Origin: Candidatus Bathyarchaeota archaeon
GTDB lineage: Archaea; Thermoproteota; Bathyarchaeia; Bathyarchaeales; Bathycorpusculaceae
NCBI GenBank assembly: GCA_963826715.1
Contig: CAWGYA010000002.1
Coordinates: 352,001 to 416,000, forward strand
Reading direction: 5' to 3'
Length of the DNA stretch: 64,000 nt
A program made the position numbers and the translations under genes. Each line of letters starts with the position of its first letter. Position 1 is the first letter of the stretch. The notes under the pieces are model-generated. The model saw nothing but the letters and a program-made list of their open reading frames with translations, had not been told where the DNA came from and did no database searches. Below are positions 50,131 through 59,816 of the stretch, piece after piece.

Positions 50131-50561
50131 TTTTCTTTCTCTCCTTTTCTTAGAGTTTTTCGCTCCGATGGTCGGAACGCGAACTCATCCTTAACTATGG
50201 GCTGAGCTGAATTTAAGACCCTATCAACACCTCCATGTGAAATCTGAGCCTCGACTTTTAGGTTTTCCAACGCAATTATGTCTGATTTTAACAAGACCAA
50301 GCCCGAAGCTTTGGGGTCGCCACCCTTTAGTGTAGGCGGCTCAGCATCTCGATCCCAAATTAAGGTAACGTAATAATCGCATTCATAAACCAACCAACCT
50401 ACAGCCTCTCTAAGCAGAGGCTTCATCGCCAAACCCGAAGTACGATTAAAGATTACATGATCAAAATAGCGAACAAAAATTAAGCCACACCACTCACCGC
50501 TGAAGCTTTGGGGATATACGGTTTTGGACCCTGCAGAATATTCTTTTTTGGCTTCATCCAT
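50124..50561 (-). CDS. hypothetical protein (small beta-barrel-like)
   Basis: VRYFDH...EAVGWLV.E...V.L; overlaps the integrase start. Confidence 0.7.
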   Translation of the reverse strand: MDEAKKEYSAGSKTVYPQSFSGEWCGLIFVRYFDHVIFNRTSGLAMKPLLREAVGWLVYECDYYVTLIWDRDAEPPTLKGGDPKASGLVLLKSDIIALENLKVEAQISHGGVDRVLNSAQPIVKDEFAFRPSERKTLRKGEKEKC

Positions 50562-50563
50562 AA

Positions 50564-51037
50564 TTAGCTCTCCCAGATTTTATGAGAGTCTATTCTCCAA
50601 GCTGGACTCAATTTGATGCCTTCTAGATGCTTGTTGCAGACAAAGTGTTCTTGGTCTTTAGCCTTGTAGAATGCCTTTGCAACAGCTGGCAATTTACAGT
50701 CCTGAAAGGTGCACCTTTGGGTAACTCGCTCTTTTTCTTCAACAATTTCCTCTGTATAATACCGACGGACACGCTTAACATCCCTCACCAATGTAAGGTC
50801 AATTTTGGGGCTCTGGTGTACCAGCTCAATCTTTTCTTCCACACCATACAACCAGCCAGTAAACAACCCCTCGGCAACATGACACGTACTAAGCCCCAAT
50901 TGCCTTGTCCGCTCAGTAAAAGCCTGCTTAACCTCAGGTAAAATCCTAAGCGACATAGTAGTTCTTTTGCCATGAAGACGATGGTGTACCATTGTCTTAC
51001 AATCAGAATCCGTGTCTTTAATGTCAGCAAGCATCAC
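50564..51037 (-). CDS. RHH-like protein with C-terminal Zn finger
   Basis: TTMSLRI.PEVKQAF; CxxxxC...CxxH. Confidence 0.65.
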   Translation of the reverse strand: MMLADIKDTDSDCKTMVHHRLHGKRTTMSLRILPEVKQAFTERTRQLGLSTCHVAEGLFTGWLYGVEEKIELVHQSPKIDLTLVRDVKRVRRYYTEEIVEEKERVTQRCTFQDCKLPAVAKAFYKAKDQEHFVCNKHLEGIKLSPAWRIDSHKIWES

Positions 51038-51246
51038 GTTATCCCCGCATTTTTCTCTTGGTTAAACGCTTCATAAACTGCTATGTAGACACCTAACTCC
51101 GCCACAAATACCAAAGTCCTAACCGTAGGATTCACCGATGTATGCTCCCTTCGGCAAGCCTCCGCACGGGCAACAGCTAACAAAGAACCCACATCAACCG
51201 TACGCTCATTAGGCGTTATCACTATTGCCTTAAACATCCAGAACAC
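51034..51246 (-). CDS. hypothetical protein
   Basis: 70-aa ORF in an overlapping operon. Confidence 0.5.
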   Translation of the reverse strand: MFWMFKAIVITPNERTVDVGSLLAVARAEACRREHTSVNPTVRTLVFVAELGVYIAVYEAFNQEKNAGIT

Positions 51247-52148
51247 CTACCGCAACAAAGACTCAATTTGTTGGCGATTACTTCTTGCAATGGTTTCTTC
51301 GGGGTCTCAATCACTTCAAACCTTACTTTGCGGGAGTGGTCTTGCTCATGCACATAAATTCTTGCAAGCTCCCCACACCACATCTTAAAAGTAATGTTGA
51401 AAGCTTCGCCGCTGAACTCTTGAGCGGAGTCCTTCCCGTAGTGCCACATAACAATCTTCCAAACCTCGACAGAGGTAATACTATTGTCTGTTAGCTTTGC
51501 ATCAACAAGTCTGCATGCATTGAGCAACTGGTTTCTAATACCGCCGATAAATGCGGCCATACTTACAAAACCTATAGGGCTTGCCTCTACTGGACAATTT
51601 CCACAATCTAAAACAAATGTAACCGTCCCATTACAGTGGAGGATAACTTGAACCGAGCGGTATTTGGACCATTCAAAAGAACCAAAGCAAATATCCTTGG
51701 ACCCGACTGCAGGTTTGTATTTACCTGTGCTTAACAGAAGCTCATATAACTGGTCCGCAACAAAGGCTAACCGGACATCGTGAACCCTGCACAGTTCTTC
51801 TGCAGGCAAAGAATCTAACAACACTGTAAGGTCAATCGTGACGCGCCCAAGCCCCCTACCCCCCATACGGGAGAGTGTCACAGGTTTCTTGATTTTAGAC
51901 CTATCAATGGATTTCAGCTTATAGAATGCAAACCCAGATTTGCAGTACAACTCTACTATTTGCAGCTTCTTTAATTTGCAATTTATGTTGCGAGCGGTTC
52001 CTTTGGAGTATATTCCTGCGAACTCCATCAAATCCGCTGAACAATAAGGTCTATTTTCATCAAGCAGTATCCACCTTAGCGCTTTCCTCTCAACAGGGGA
52101 CAACAAACCCTCCCACTGCTCCAGATTGTCATTGTCATTGGCTGCCAA
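51222..52148 (-). CDS. wHTH-containing protein, possible replication initiator
   Basis: N-terminal wHTH; C-terminal WHYGKD ... RIY ... RFE. Confidence 0.65.
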   Translation of the reverse strand: MAANDNDNLEQWEGLLSPVERKALRWILLDENRPYCSADLMEFAGIYSKGTARNINCKLKKLQIVELYCKSGFAFYKLKSIDRSKIKKPVTLSRMGGRGLGRVTIDLTVLLDSLPAEELCRVHDVRLAFVADQLYELLLSTGKYKPAVGSKDICFGSFEWSKYRSVQVILHCNGTVTFVLDCGNCPVEASPIGFVSMAAFIGGIRNQLLNACRLVDAKLTDNSITSVEVWKIVMWHYGKDSAQEFSGEAFNITFKMWCGELARIYVHEQDHSRKVRFEVIETPKKPLQEVIANKLSLCCGRCSGCLRQ

Positions 52149-52323
52149 GGGGTGTCACCTTCTTTATGGGCTCAAGAATTATCCGTTGTTTCTCATCCAA
52201 TTTTACTATGAAAAGGTCTGTGTTTTCTTCGCCCAGATAGCGTCGTAACTTTATGGGTATGACGACTGCTTTGGAGTTGTCTGTGTGGTATGCTTTTGCT
52301 GTTGTTATTATTTGTTCAACCAA
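52135..52323 (-). CDS. AbrB/MazE-type DNA-binding protein
   Basis: S..VVIP..LRR.LG....D.F.V......IILEP. Confidence 0.8.
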   Translation of the reverse strand: MVEQIITTAKAYHTDNSKAVVIPIKLRRYLGEENTDLFIVKLDEKQRIILEPIKKVTPLGSQ

Positions 52324-52384
52324 TTAGCTTATACACCTCTATCTTCGATATTAGAAATATAATCTACTACCCCCTAGGGGTGTT

Positions 52385-53539
52385 TTGGTAATGAGTAAAT
52401 CAATGGAAGACAAGCCAAAGGTGGGTGACTACATTGCCCTAACTTGGAAGAACTTTGACAATTCTATCTGGGAGGGAACTGAAGGTTTAGTTGTAGGAAC
52501 TTTCGAAGATAATAAGCGGTCAAAATATCTTCTTATCGATAGAAGTGCCTATTCGGATTCATTGAAATCGGTTTTTTACTCCTTGGGTCTCATGGACCTC
52601 TTTATGGTTGATACCTCTGAAATTGAGTCAATTCTCAACCTTCCGCAACGCGACAGACCCCCAGGAATAAAGGAGGATATGCGGTTTAAGATGGAGATTG
52701 ATTATAAGTCAAATGTCGACTACGAAGCCACCCGGTCTAAACTGGCTAAAAAAAGAGATGACTATTTTGTCGATGTCAATCAACCAGTCCAAACTGATGG
52801 GGCTGCTAATTTTTCAATTAAGGAAATAGATTCAGTTAAAGACGCCTCTATCAGTTTTTCGCCTTTAGGTAATGTACAGATACATTGTTTGCCAAAGCAG
52901 TTGAACCAGTGCGTTGAATGGTTGAAAGCAAATGTTGAAATTCTACCAGGGCACAAGCATCTGGTTTTAATTCCCACTCATTTTATGCTTAATATTCACG
53001 ATAATTTTAAAGAAAATGCTGAACCTACTGATGAGTTAATTGAAAAATTAGCGATGATTAAGCAAAAAGAAGAAATAATTTTCCCGCTTGGATGGGTTAA
53101 CCATTTTTTTAATGACCTGGATGATAATGCCTTAAAGCTTCTTTTCCCTGAATGCAACAACATCGAGGAAATGGTCTTAAAGACTAAAAAAGGAAAATCG
53201 GATAGCTGCAAGGCAGAGAAAAAGTCTCTTGATAAGACGTATCTATACATTAACTTTGGTTTCCCATCGAGTTCGGTTACTTCACTTAAGCAGCCGTTGT
53301 CTGCTGAACCACCCGTTTTGTCTCTTGGTGGTCTGATTCTGAAGGATGAAGAGGCAGACGGGATGAAAAATATGTGGTTCCGTTCTAGATTTGATCAATG
53401 GGTAAATCTCAACACTGGTTCTCCATTAGTCCGGCTCAATGAGAAAGTTCTGATTAGAAACGTAATAATAAATCGAATGACTGGAAAATATGAGGTCAAC
53501 TTCAGAAAATACTATGGAACAAATTTTGAGACTTGGTAG
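52385..53539 (+). CDS. hypothetical protein
   Basis: 384-aa ORF divergent from the AbrB operon. Confidence 0.75.
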   Translation: MVMSKSMEDKPKVGDYIALTWKNFDNSIWEGTEGLVVGTFEDNKRSKYLLIDRSAYSDSLKSVFYSLGLMDLFMVDTSEIESILNLPQRDRPPGIKEDMRFKMEIDYKSNVDYEATRSKLAKKRDDYFVDVNQPVQTDGAANFSIKEIDSVKDASISFSPLGNVQIHCLPKQLNQCVEWLKANVEILPGHKHLVLIPTHFMLNIHDNFKENAEPTDELIEKLAMIKQKEEIIFPLGWVNHFFNDLDDNALKLLFPECNNIEEMVLKTKKGKSDSCKAEKKSLDKTYLYINFGFPSSSVTSLKQPLSAEPPVLSLGGLILKDEEADGMKNMWFRSRFDQWVNLNTGSPLVRLNEKVLIRNVIINRMTGKYEVNFRKYYGTNFETW

Positions 53540-53584
53540 ATTTAGGTAATTATTTTATATTAAAGCAAAGAGTAACTTGCCTTT

Positions 53585-53755
53585 ATGCTTGACATTAAGA
53601 CGCTTGAGGGTTGGCTCTGGGACGCAGCCTGCAAAATCCGCGACCCCGTCGACGCCCCAAAATACAAAGACCACATCCTACCACTAATCTTCCTAAAACG
53701 CCTCTCCGACGTCTTTGATGAAGAAATCGAAAAACTCGCAGCTCAATACGGTGAT
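53585..53755 (+). pseudogene. hsdM: N-terminal fragment of type I R-M HsdM
   Basis: [32 protein letters not shown], then homology stops after ~57 aa. Confidence 0.85.
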
Positions 53756-53925
53756 TTTAGACCTTTTTCGTGTGCTTCGATTGCATGCACTAACCTTGCT
53801 TCCCGTGATTCTAAACGTGACATTCTCCACTGTAACAACGCTGACAATGTTTGAGGTTTTTTCTCTTTTTGTTTAAGTTTTTCAGGTACTTTTTTTACAT
53901 TTTGACTTGTACTTGGACTTGACAT
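53743..53925 (-). CDS. small basic hypothetical protein
   Basis: 60 aa, GGTGA SD upstream, abuts the hsdM breakpoint. Confidence 0.4.
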   Translation of the reverse strand: MSSPSTSQNVKKVPEKLKQKEKKPQTLSALLQWRMSRLESREARLVHAIEAHEKGLKSPY

Positions 53926-54159
53926 TCATATCACCAACTTGTTTAACCGTCAATCGATACTTAACTGGTCGGTGACAGAACGGTTCAATATTTATGAAGA
54001 ATTGACTGATTGTTTGGGTTTTGCCCAAATAGAGCGTAGCACTCGCTATCTTGGTCACTTCTCTAATATAAAAAACGCTCAAACCCTTGGGAAACATTCA
54101 TGCTTTAACGCTTATATTCCAAAGACCCCTAAATAGAAGCGCTGTAGCGAGAAACTGAT

Positions 54160-54786
54160 ATGCAATCTAAGGATAAAATTCTGCAAAGACTAGAAAACTC
54201 GATATCGGAATTAGACCTTAATTTTGCGGCTCTTAAGCAAGCAGAGATAGAAGTATGGATGCCTAAATATCCAGCCGATTTTACTATGGAATACGCTAAT
54301 AAGAGTATGACCAAAGCGCTTAAAATTTACTCACTCTGTTTGCATAATTACTTAGGTTCTTTCTTTTCCTTATTGCAGCATATTAGAAAAGCAAAAAGTA
54401 ACATAGATAATCCACAAATTGCGACTGAGTATGATAACGAAAAAAAGAAATACGCCATTATCGAGCTTCACTTTTTACAAGACTTGTCAGACTACTCGCG
54501 ACACAATGAATTACCAATGTCTGGTCAAAACACCGGATTATTCTATGGCACTCATGATCAGCCAAAAGACAGTAGCATACCTTCAATGATATCGTTATGT
54601 CCCCCCAGTCTATTAATCCCCAAACTCTTGGAAGACAAAAAACTTTCTGCCAAGTCAAATGCTTACTTAAACCATTACATTGAACAACAGGGAGCTGAGT
54701 TGATATTACCTCAAATAATAGATAAGGGACATAGTTCATTAAGACAATCAGCGCTTCTTTTATACAAAAAAATTGTTGAGTTCTAA
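54160..54786 (+). CDS. helical hypothetical protein (HEPN-like, degenerate)
   Basis: LHNYL.S..SL..H and FLQDLSDYSRH (R-x4-H-like with the Arg absent). Confidence 0.6.
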   Translation: MQSKDKILQRLENSISELDLNFAALKQAEIEVWMPKYPADFTMEYANKSMTKALKIYSLCLHNYLGSFFSLLQHIRKAKSNIDNPQIATEYDNEKKKYAIIELHFLQDLSDYSRHNELPMSGQNTGLFYGTHDQPKDSSIPSMISLCPPSLLIPKLLEDKKLSAKSNAYLNHYIEQQGAELILPQIIDKGHSSLRQSALLLYKKIVEF

Positions 54787-54948
54787 AAGGAGCAGCGCGC
54801 GCTCTCGGGCTGGCTACTTTATTTCAGGGAATGGGAGGCTGACTGTTACTTGAATCGGGTAGAGTAAACCGTAGTCATAACGGGGCTAACTATTTAGCTG
54901 AGAGAAATTTGGCAAAATCTAAATACACTTTATGTCAAATTAACGTGC

Positions 54949-55080
54949 ATGTCCACCATAGACTTTGTTGTAAGCAACGGTTGAGCTATTGTTACCGCGA
55001 TTCTTACAGGGGGTATATCTTTCATTTTTGGTGAACTATTATGGGCTTACTGGAAGAAGCCTAAGTTTGTAATTGAATGT
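54949..55080 (+). pseudogene. membrane-anchored protein fragment with in-frame TGA
   Basis: MSTIDFVVSNG*AIVTAILTGGISFIFGELLWAYWKKPKFVIE; TGA at 54982. Confidence 0.4.
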
Positions 55081-55260
55081 TCCAATATCAAGCGCGGAAA
55101 GTTACCCCATTATTGGTTGAGGCAACGTCATTATTACTCTAAACTGTTGCTCACCGGGTCTTGTTGGTCTATATCTTATGTCTTTATCTTGAAAATCGCC
55201 CACCACACCCTCTTGTGCGCTGATTTTCTGCTATAGGCGGGGGACTACTATTTTGGTGGT

Positions 55261-55473
55261 TCAAACAGTCCGCCGCACATGGGGCATAATAGAGGTTGTG
55301 CTTTTGAGGTTTTTGGTTATTTGTTTATAGCATAAGTCCATGTAGCAGATGGGGCAGAGGCTGATTTTGCATTTTGGACACCACTTAAGCCCCGCGTTAA
55401 CGCCGCCGCATGCATCACAGGGCTTAGTTAAATCGTACTTTTCAAAGAAACCCATAACCACACATTCACCCAA
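55261..55473 (-). CDS. small Cys-rich zinc-finger protein
   Basis: CDAC, CPKC, CPIC. Confidence 0.55.
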   Translation of the reverse strand: MGECVVMGFFEKYDLTKPCDACGGVNAGLKWCPKCKISLCPICYMDLCYKQITKNLKSTTSIMPHVRRTV

Positions 55474-55709
55474 GAGGATAAAAGGCGTTAACCTAAAGTA
55501 CCTGCCTAAACCTTAGAGGCTCAAGTGAAAGTAGAGTTTAGCACTTAAGGCAAATAAACTCTATCATTGCGGTATAACTCATGAAGAACTGCTTGACACT
55601 GCCTATCGCTCTTCTCGTTTATTTTTCAAAGACTATACAACGCGCCATGTGCTAATAACTTAAATTTAATATACAGCTTGTATGAATATGCCTAACTAGA
55701 GGCGCTATC

Positions 55710-56423
55710 TTGGTTAAAGTAAACAAGAAATTTGCGGTTAGTATCATTCTTATCTCAGCTATTCTCTTGGTAGTGGTTTTTATTTGGTTTGACTTAAGAC
55801 CCAGTGATTTTGCACCTGAAAGTAGCAAGTTTGAGGTTACTAACATAAGACTAGAGCCTTCTTCTGATTGGACAAGCTCCACTCTTCTTCTATCAGTCAC
55901 TAACATCTACAATTCGCCTGTGAATGTGATAGGGTCGAATGTAAATGGAAAGAGCTTTGGATATTCCACTTTTGAGGTTCCGCCAGGGCAAACAAAAGAC
56001 ATCAGTTTACAACTTCATGATTTGCCTATTACTAACTCTACGAGTTATGATGCCAAGTTGACCTTTACTTTTGAAGATGGAGTGTACCAAGTTTATGAGC
56101 AAACAGTTACACCTAAGAAATATAGCCCTGGCTTTATCATTAAGGATTCTGACCTTACCCCAACCTCTTCAAACTCTATCATGTATAATGTGACATTGCA
56201 GAATACCGGTAATATACCGATGGTAGATGCAAAAGTCATAGTAAATGGTGCTTATCAGACACCGCTACATGTGGCAGATAGGTTGGAACCGAAAGAAACT
56301 GTATCTTTTAGTGCAGAGATTTCTTTACCATTCAAAATTGGTGATAAGTGGACGGTTGAGATAGAGGCTGTCTTCATAGAGGGAAGCACCTTCTCGGCTG
56401 AATCCTCTTTTTCATTCAAGTAG
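55710..56423 (+). CDS. membrane-anchored tandem Ig-like (CARDB-like) protein
   Basis: N-terminal TM, VPPGQT, V.LQNTGN, LEP.ET. Confidence 0.8.
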   Translation: MVKVNKKFAVSIILISAILLVVVFIWFDLRPSDFAPESSKFEVTNIRLEPSSDWTSSTLLLSVTNIYNSPVNVIGSNVNGKSFGYSTFEVPPGQTKDISLQLHDLPITNSTSYDAKLTFTFEDGVYQVYEQTVTPKKYSPGFIIKDSDLTPTSSNSIMYNVTLQNTGNIPMVDAKVIVNGAYQTPLHVADRLEPKETVSFSAEISLPFKIGDKWTVEIEAVFIEGSTFSAESSFSFK

Positions 56424-56601
56424 AATCGACCTATTCCTTAAATTAGCTGGCCTCTAATGGGTTTGGGCGAGAAAACGCTTCACCTCCTTAAGCCGATGTT
56501 TCTGGCCTTAAATCATAAAAGCTCTCGAATTAACTGTATGATAGCAAGAACAGCTAATCGAAAAATACTGAACTGATTTTTTGTATGAGGTGAATAGTGA
56601 T

Positions 56602-56733
56602 ATGGGTAAGAAAGGAGAGACAAGAGAACAAGACAGGGAAAAACCTCAGCCTCAAAAGCAGAAGGATAGAGCTGCTAAACGTAAGGATAAAAAGTCTGCC
56701 CGACTGGAAAGACAAAAATCAAGACAGACTTAA
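56602..56733 (+). CDS. small basic peptide (43 aa)
   Basis: GAGGTGA SD, then ATG; MGKKGETREQDREKPQPQKQKDRAAKRKDKKSARLERQKSRQT*. Confidence 0.55.
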   Translation: MGKKGETREQDREKPQPQKQKDRAAKRKDKKSARLERQKSRQT

Positions 56734-57004
56734 GCAGAATACCACTTAGTGCAGAGACATAGCCGTTTTGAGTTTTTTCTTTAAGCGTAAACCCCGAGGT
56801 ACGGTAGGGAAACGGTTACGCGTTTTCGGCTTAGGTTGTCACGTATTTTATTGTTTATTTTTTGTGTTGCCGCTTTGCTTGAGTGTCCCTGACCGGTTAT
56901 TTTCCAGTTTTTCATATCGATTAAGCAGTAGGTTATTTGTAGGTCGCTGAACTAATCACATTAGGGAACGCACACTTACCATATATGATACGAAGTTGGA
57001 ATCA

Positions 57005-58132
57005 ATGGCTGAAAAAAAGAATTACTACGAGAATTTAGGCATTCCAAAGGACGCATCCAAAGACGCGATAAAAGACGCCTACAGAAAACTAGCCATGCAA
57101 TATCATCCAGACAGAAACAAGTCTCCGGAAGCTGAAGAGAAGTTCAAAGAAATATCGGAAGCCTACGCAGTGCTGTCGAATGATGAGAAACGCCAACAAT
57201 ATGACAACTTAGGTAGCAATGGATTTGATCAAAGGTATAGTCGAGAGGACATTTTCCGAGGGGCCGACTTTGACTCGATATTTCGCGACATGGGTGTCAG
57301 TTCCGGCTTTGATGATCTTTTCAGTGTTTTCTTTGGGGGACGAGGCTTTGAAGGAAGACAAAGAGCAATCCGTGGACGAGATTTGGGCTACGAAGTATAC
57401 ATAACCCTTGAAGAAGCAGAGCGCGGTGTTGAAAAAGAAATTGAGGTCCCAAGAATTGAGCGTTGCCCAGTTTGTGGGGGTTCTGGAGCTACTCCAGGTT
57501 CTTCAGTGCAAACTTGCCCAGTATGCAAAGGTTCTGGAAAAGTCCAAAACACAATAAGAAAACGCTCTGGCACGTTTATACAAATCGCGCAATGCTCTGC
57601 TTGCAACGGCACAGGACAAAAAATTATTTCCCCATGCAGAAACTGCAACGGAAAAGGCCTCATAAAAAGGGAAAGAAAAATCACGGTTAAGATACCAGTT
57701 GGAATAAATGAAGGAAACCAGCTTAGGCTTGAAGGACAAGGAGACGCAGCCCAGGACGGAGGTCCCTCAGGAGATTTATACATAATGATTCACCTGATGC
57801 CTCATCAATACTTCAAAAGAGAAGGCGACGATCTCTTGTACAATCTATACATCAGCATTACGCAAGCATCATTAGGTGCGGAAGTCACCCTACCTGCAAT
57901 CCAAGGAAAAGCTACACTGAAAATTCATCCTGGAACACAACCTGGACAGATTCTAATAGTCAGAGGCAGGGGCATGCCGAGAATGGGCGGATATGGCAAA
58001 GGCGATCTACGCGTCCGTGTGAATGTGGTTGTTCCCAAAAAGCTAACTCAGCGCCAAAGTGCCCTTCTGGAAGAGCTGGCCAAAGAACTAGACCAAAATC
58101 TCGATAAAAGAGCGAAAGCCAATGTACTATAA
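57005..58132 (+). CDS. dnaJ: chaperone DnaJ (class A)
   Basis: J domain with HPD, G/F region, four CxxCxGxG, GDLY. Confidence 0.95.
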   Translation: MAEKKNYYENLGIPKDASKDAIKDAYRKLAMQYHPDRNKSPEAEEKFKEISEAYAVLSNDEKRQQYDNLGSNGFDQRYSREDIFRGADFDSIFRDMGVSSGFDDLFSVFFGGRGFEGRQRAIRGRDLGYEVYITLEEAERGVEKEIEVPRIERCPVCGGSGATPGSSVQTCPVCKGSGKVQNTIRKRSGTFIQIAQCSACNGTGQKIISPCRNCNGKGLIKRERKITVKIPVGINEGNQLRLEGQGDAAQDGGPSGDLYIMIHLMPHQYFKREGDDLLYNLYISITQASLGAEVTLPAIQGKATLKIHPGTQPGQILIVRGRGMPRMGGYGKGDLRVRVNVVVPKKLTQRQSALLEELAKELDQNLDKRAKANVL

Positions 58133-58165
58133 ACGCATTGATAGGATAGTTGCCTTAAATTATTT

Positions 58166-58627
58166 TTAAGGTTTGTATTGAAGAGAAACCGTTATTCGTT
58201 TACGACTTAAACTAGTTTTAATTTCTGAGTTAATTTTCGAGTTTTCTTTTCCTTTGCTTGCGTGACCAAAACGGGTAATCTTCCAATTTTTGAGATTGCC
58301 TCTGATTAACTGTGGGTTGCTTGTTAGAATGTAGAAGGGCGTTTTTGTTTGGGAAGAGTAGAGTTCAGCGATAAAGTTTAGGAACCGTTTGCCAACTCCG
58401 ACTCCTTGATAGTCCGGTAGCACAACTAGTCGGCTTACTCTGTAGTATTTTGCTTTCATTCTTACGCATGCGACAGCTATGAATGCTATGGGTTTCTCTT
58501 TATAGACTGCCGCGTAACACCGAACACCGGCACCCAAAGAACCGTTTAGATAATGATGCTGCCGAAACATCTTCCAAAGGGATGCGCCGCACCGATAAAC
58601 GCTGAGGTTAACGGGCGGCCGACTTCT
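58166..58627 (-). CDS. Mom-like GNAT acetyltransferase (-1 frame continuation of the ABC ATPase)
   Basis: W.MF.QHHYL, RVSRLVVLPDYQGVGVG, TSNP; frame is open back to the A9 run. Confidence 0.8.
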   Translation of the reverse strand, partial: RSRPPVNLSVYRCGASLWKMFRQHHYLNGSLGAGVRCYAAVYKEKPIAFIAVACVRMKAKYYRVSRLVVLPDYQGVGVGKRFLNFIAELYSSQTKTPFYILTSNPQLIRGNLKNWKITRFGHASKGKENSKINSEIKTSLSRKRITVSLQYKP

Positions 58628-59226
58628 TTTTTTTTGCTAAACTCCATTGTATCGGTGGAGAAAACCCAGTCAGGATCTAACCAATCAACCACATCATAGT
58701 GACAAGTAACAGCAATGAATTTCTTTGCGCTTCTGCGAACTGCCTTGCTGATGGCAAAGGCGCTGACTTTAGCTATTTCTCGATCGACAACGCTTGTGAA
58801 CTCATCAAAAACGATCAAAGGCTGCTCAAGACACAATGCTCTTGCGATGTCTACCCGCATCTTTTCTCCCTGACTCAAACAATCATAACCTTTTAGCCAG
58901 TCCGGTGGACTAGCAAACCCGACACTACAAAGTATCTTTGTAATCTCACCAGTTTCAAGCTCTTGGGGAAAATCATCAAGAACACACTTACCGTTGTAAT
59001 CAAATTCTCGGATGTAGGCTTCCGGGAAAAGCTGCTTAGCTATGCTGGTTTTGCCTGAACCGCTGCGCCCAACAATGACGCCGATTTGCCAATCAAAAGT
59101 TTCCAGTGGCAAATTGCCCTTAAACCGTTTCTCCAACTTTACGTCGTTTAGGGTGTAGCTGCCCACGACGCTCTGGGCTCGGAAGCTGTCGGATTCTTCC
59201 CATTTTTTTACTATGTCAAAATCCAT
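58546..59226 (-). CDS. stand-alone ABC-type ATPase
   Basis: GRSGSGKT, LSQGE, FDEFTSVVDR, VTCH, WL.PDW. Confidence 0.9.
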   Translation of the reverse strand: MDFDIVKKWEESDSFRAQSVVGSYTLNDVKLEKRFKGNLPLETFDWQIGVIVGRSGSGKTSIAKQLFPEAYIREFDYNGKCVLDDFPQELETGEITKILCSVGFASPPDWLKGYDCLSQGEKMRVDIARALCLEQPLIVFDEFTSVVDREIAKVSAFAISKAVRRSAKKFIAVTCHYDVVDWLDPDWVFSTDTMEFSKKKEVGRPLTSAFIGAAHPFGRCFGSIII

Positions 59227-59240
59227 TCTTGTCAGCTCCG

Positions 59241-59816
59241 CTAAAGTGTTAGGATTCTTAGTTTGAACCCCTGGGCTTTTAACTTCTCAAAATATTCTTT
59301 TTGTTGTGCCTCTGATTTACATTCAATTATGAGCTCGTAGGTTTCAGGAACCGAAAAAGAGACCTCTCGATCATCTACCTCTATAGGAAGCTTTTCGCCT
59401 ACGGATTGAAGGAATAACTTTAATTCCTCTTTCTCTCCCTCGTCAATTATGCGCAGGTACTCGGCACTATCCATCTCCCTGTTATGTTTGCCCCGTAGCT
59501 TGTTTAGCACCTGCCGAAGCAAACGGCGATCAACATCCTTAACTGGCAAGCGAATGACGCTGCACTCAGTCATACCAAGCTCCTTCATAGCCGTAACACG
59601 CTGCTGACCATCAGCCACCAAAAGCTCACTGTTAGTGACGACTGGAACGATGTCGCCCCATCGCTTAATTGAAGATTTTAAGCGGTCAAGCTGCATAAGA
59701 GTTAATCTGTTAGGGTTGTCTTGGTCAAACTTGAGCTCGCTGATTCTTACTCGCTCCGACATTGGAATTGGAATTTCTTTTTCATTTTCCACTGATTCTC
59801 TGCTAAGTACGCTCAT
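59241..59816 (-). CDS. ParB/Srx N-terminal domain protein
   Basis: NPN......L.SSI...G...PVV......VADGQQRV.A...LG. Confidence 0.88.
   Translation of the reverse strand: MSVLSRESVENEKEIPIPMSERVRISELKFDQDNPNRLTLMQLDRLKSSIKRWGDIVPVVTNSELLVADGQQRVTAMKELGMTECSVIRLPVKDVDRRLLRQVLNKLRGKHNREMDSAEYLRIIDEGEKEELKLFLQSVGEKLPIEVDDREVSFSVPETYELIIECKSEAQQKEYFEKLKAQGFKLRILTL

Noticed and set aside
54982-54984. In-frame TGA as selenocysteine
   Set aside because: It sits at a Trp-like position before a TM helix, with no redox motif or SECIS; a nonsense mutation is more likely.
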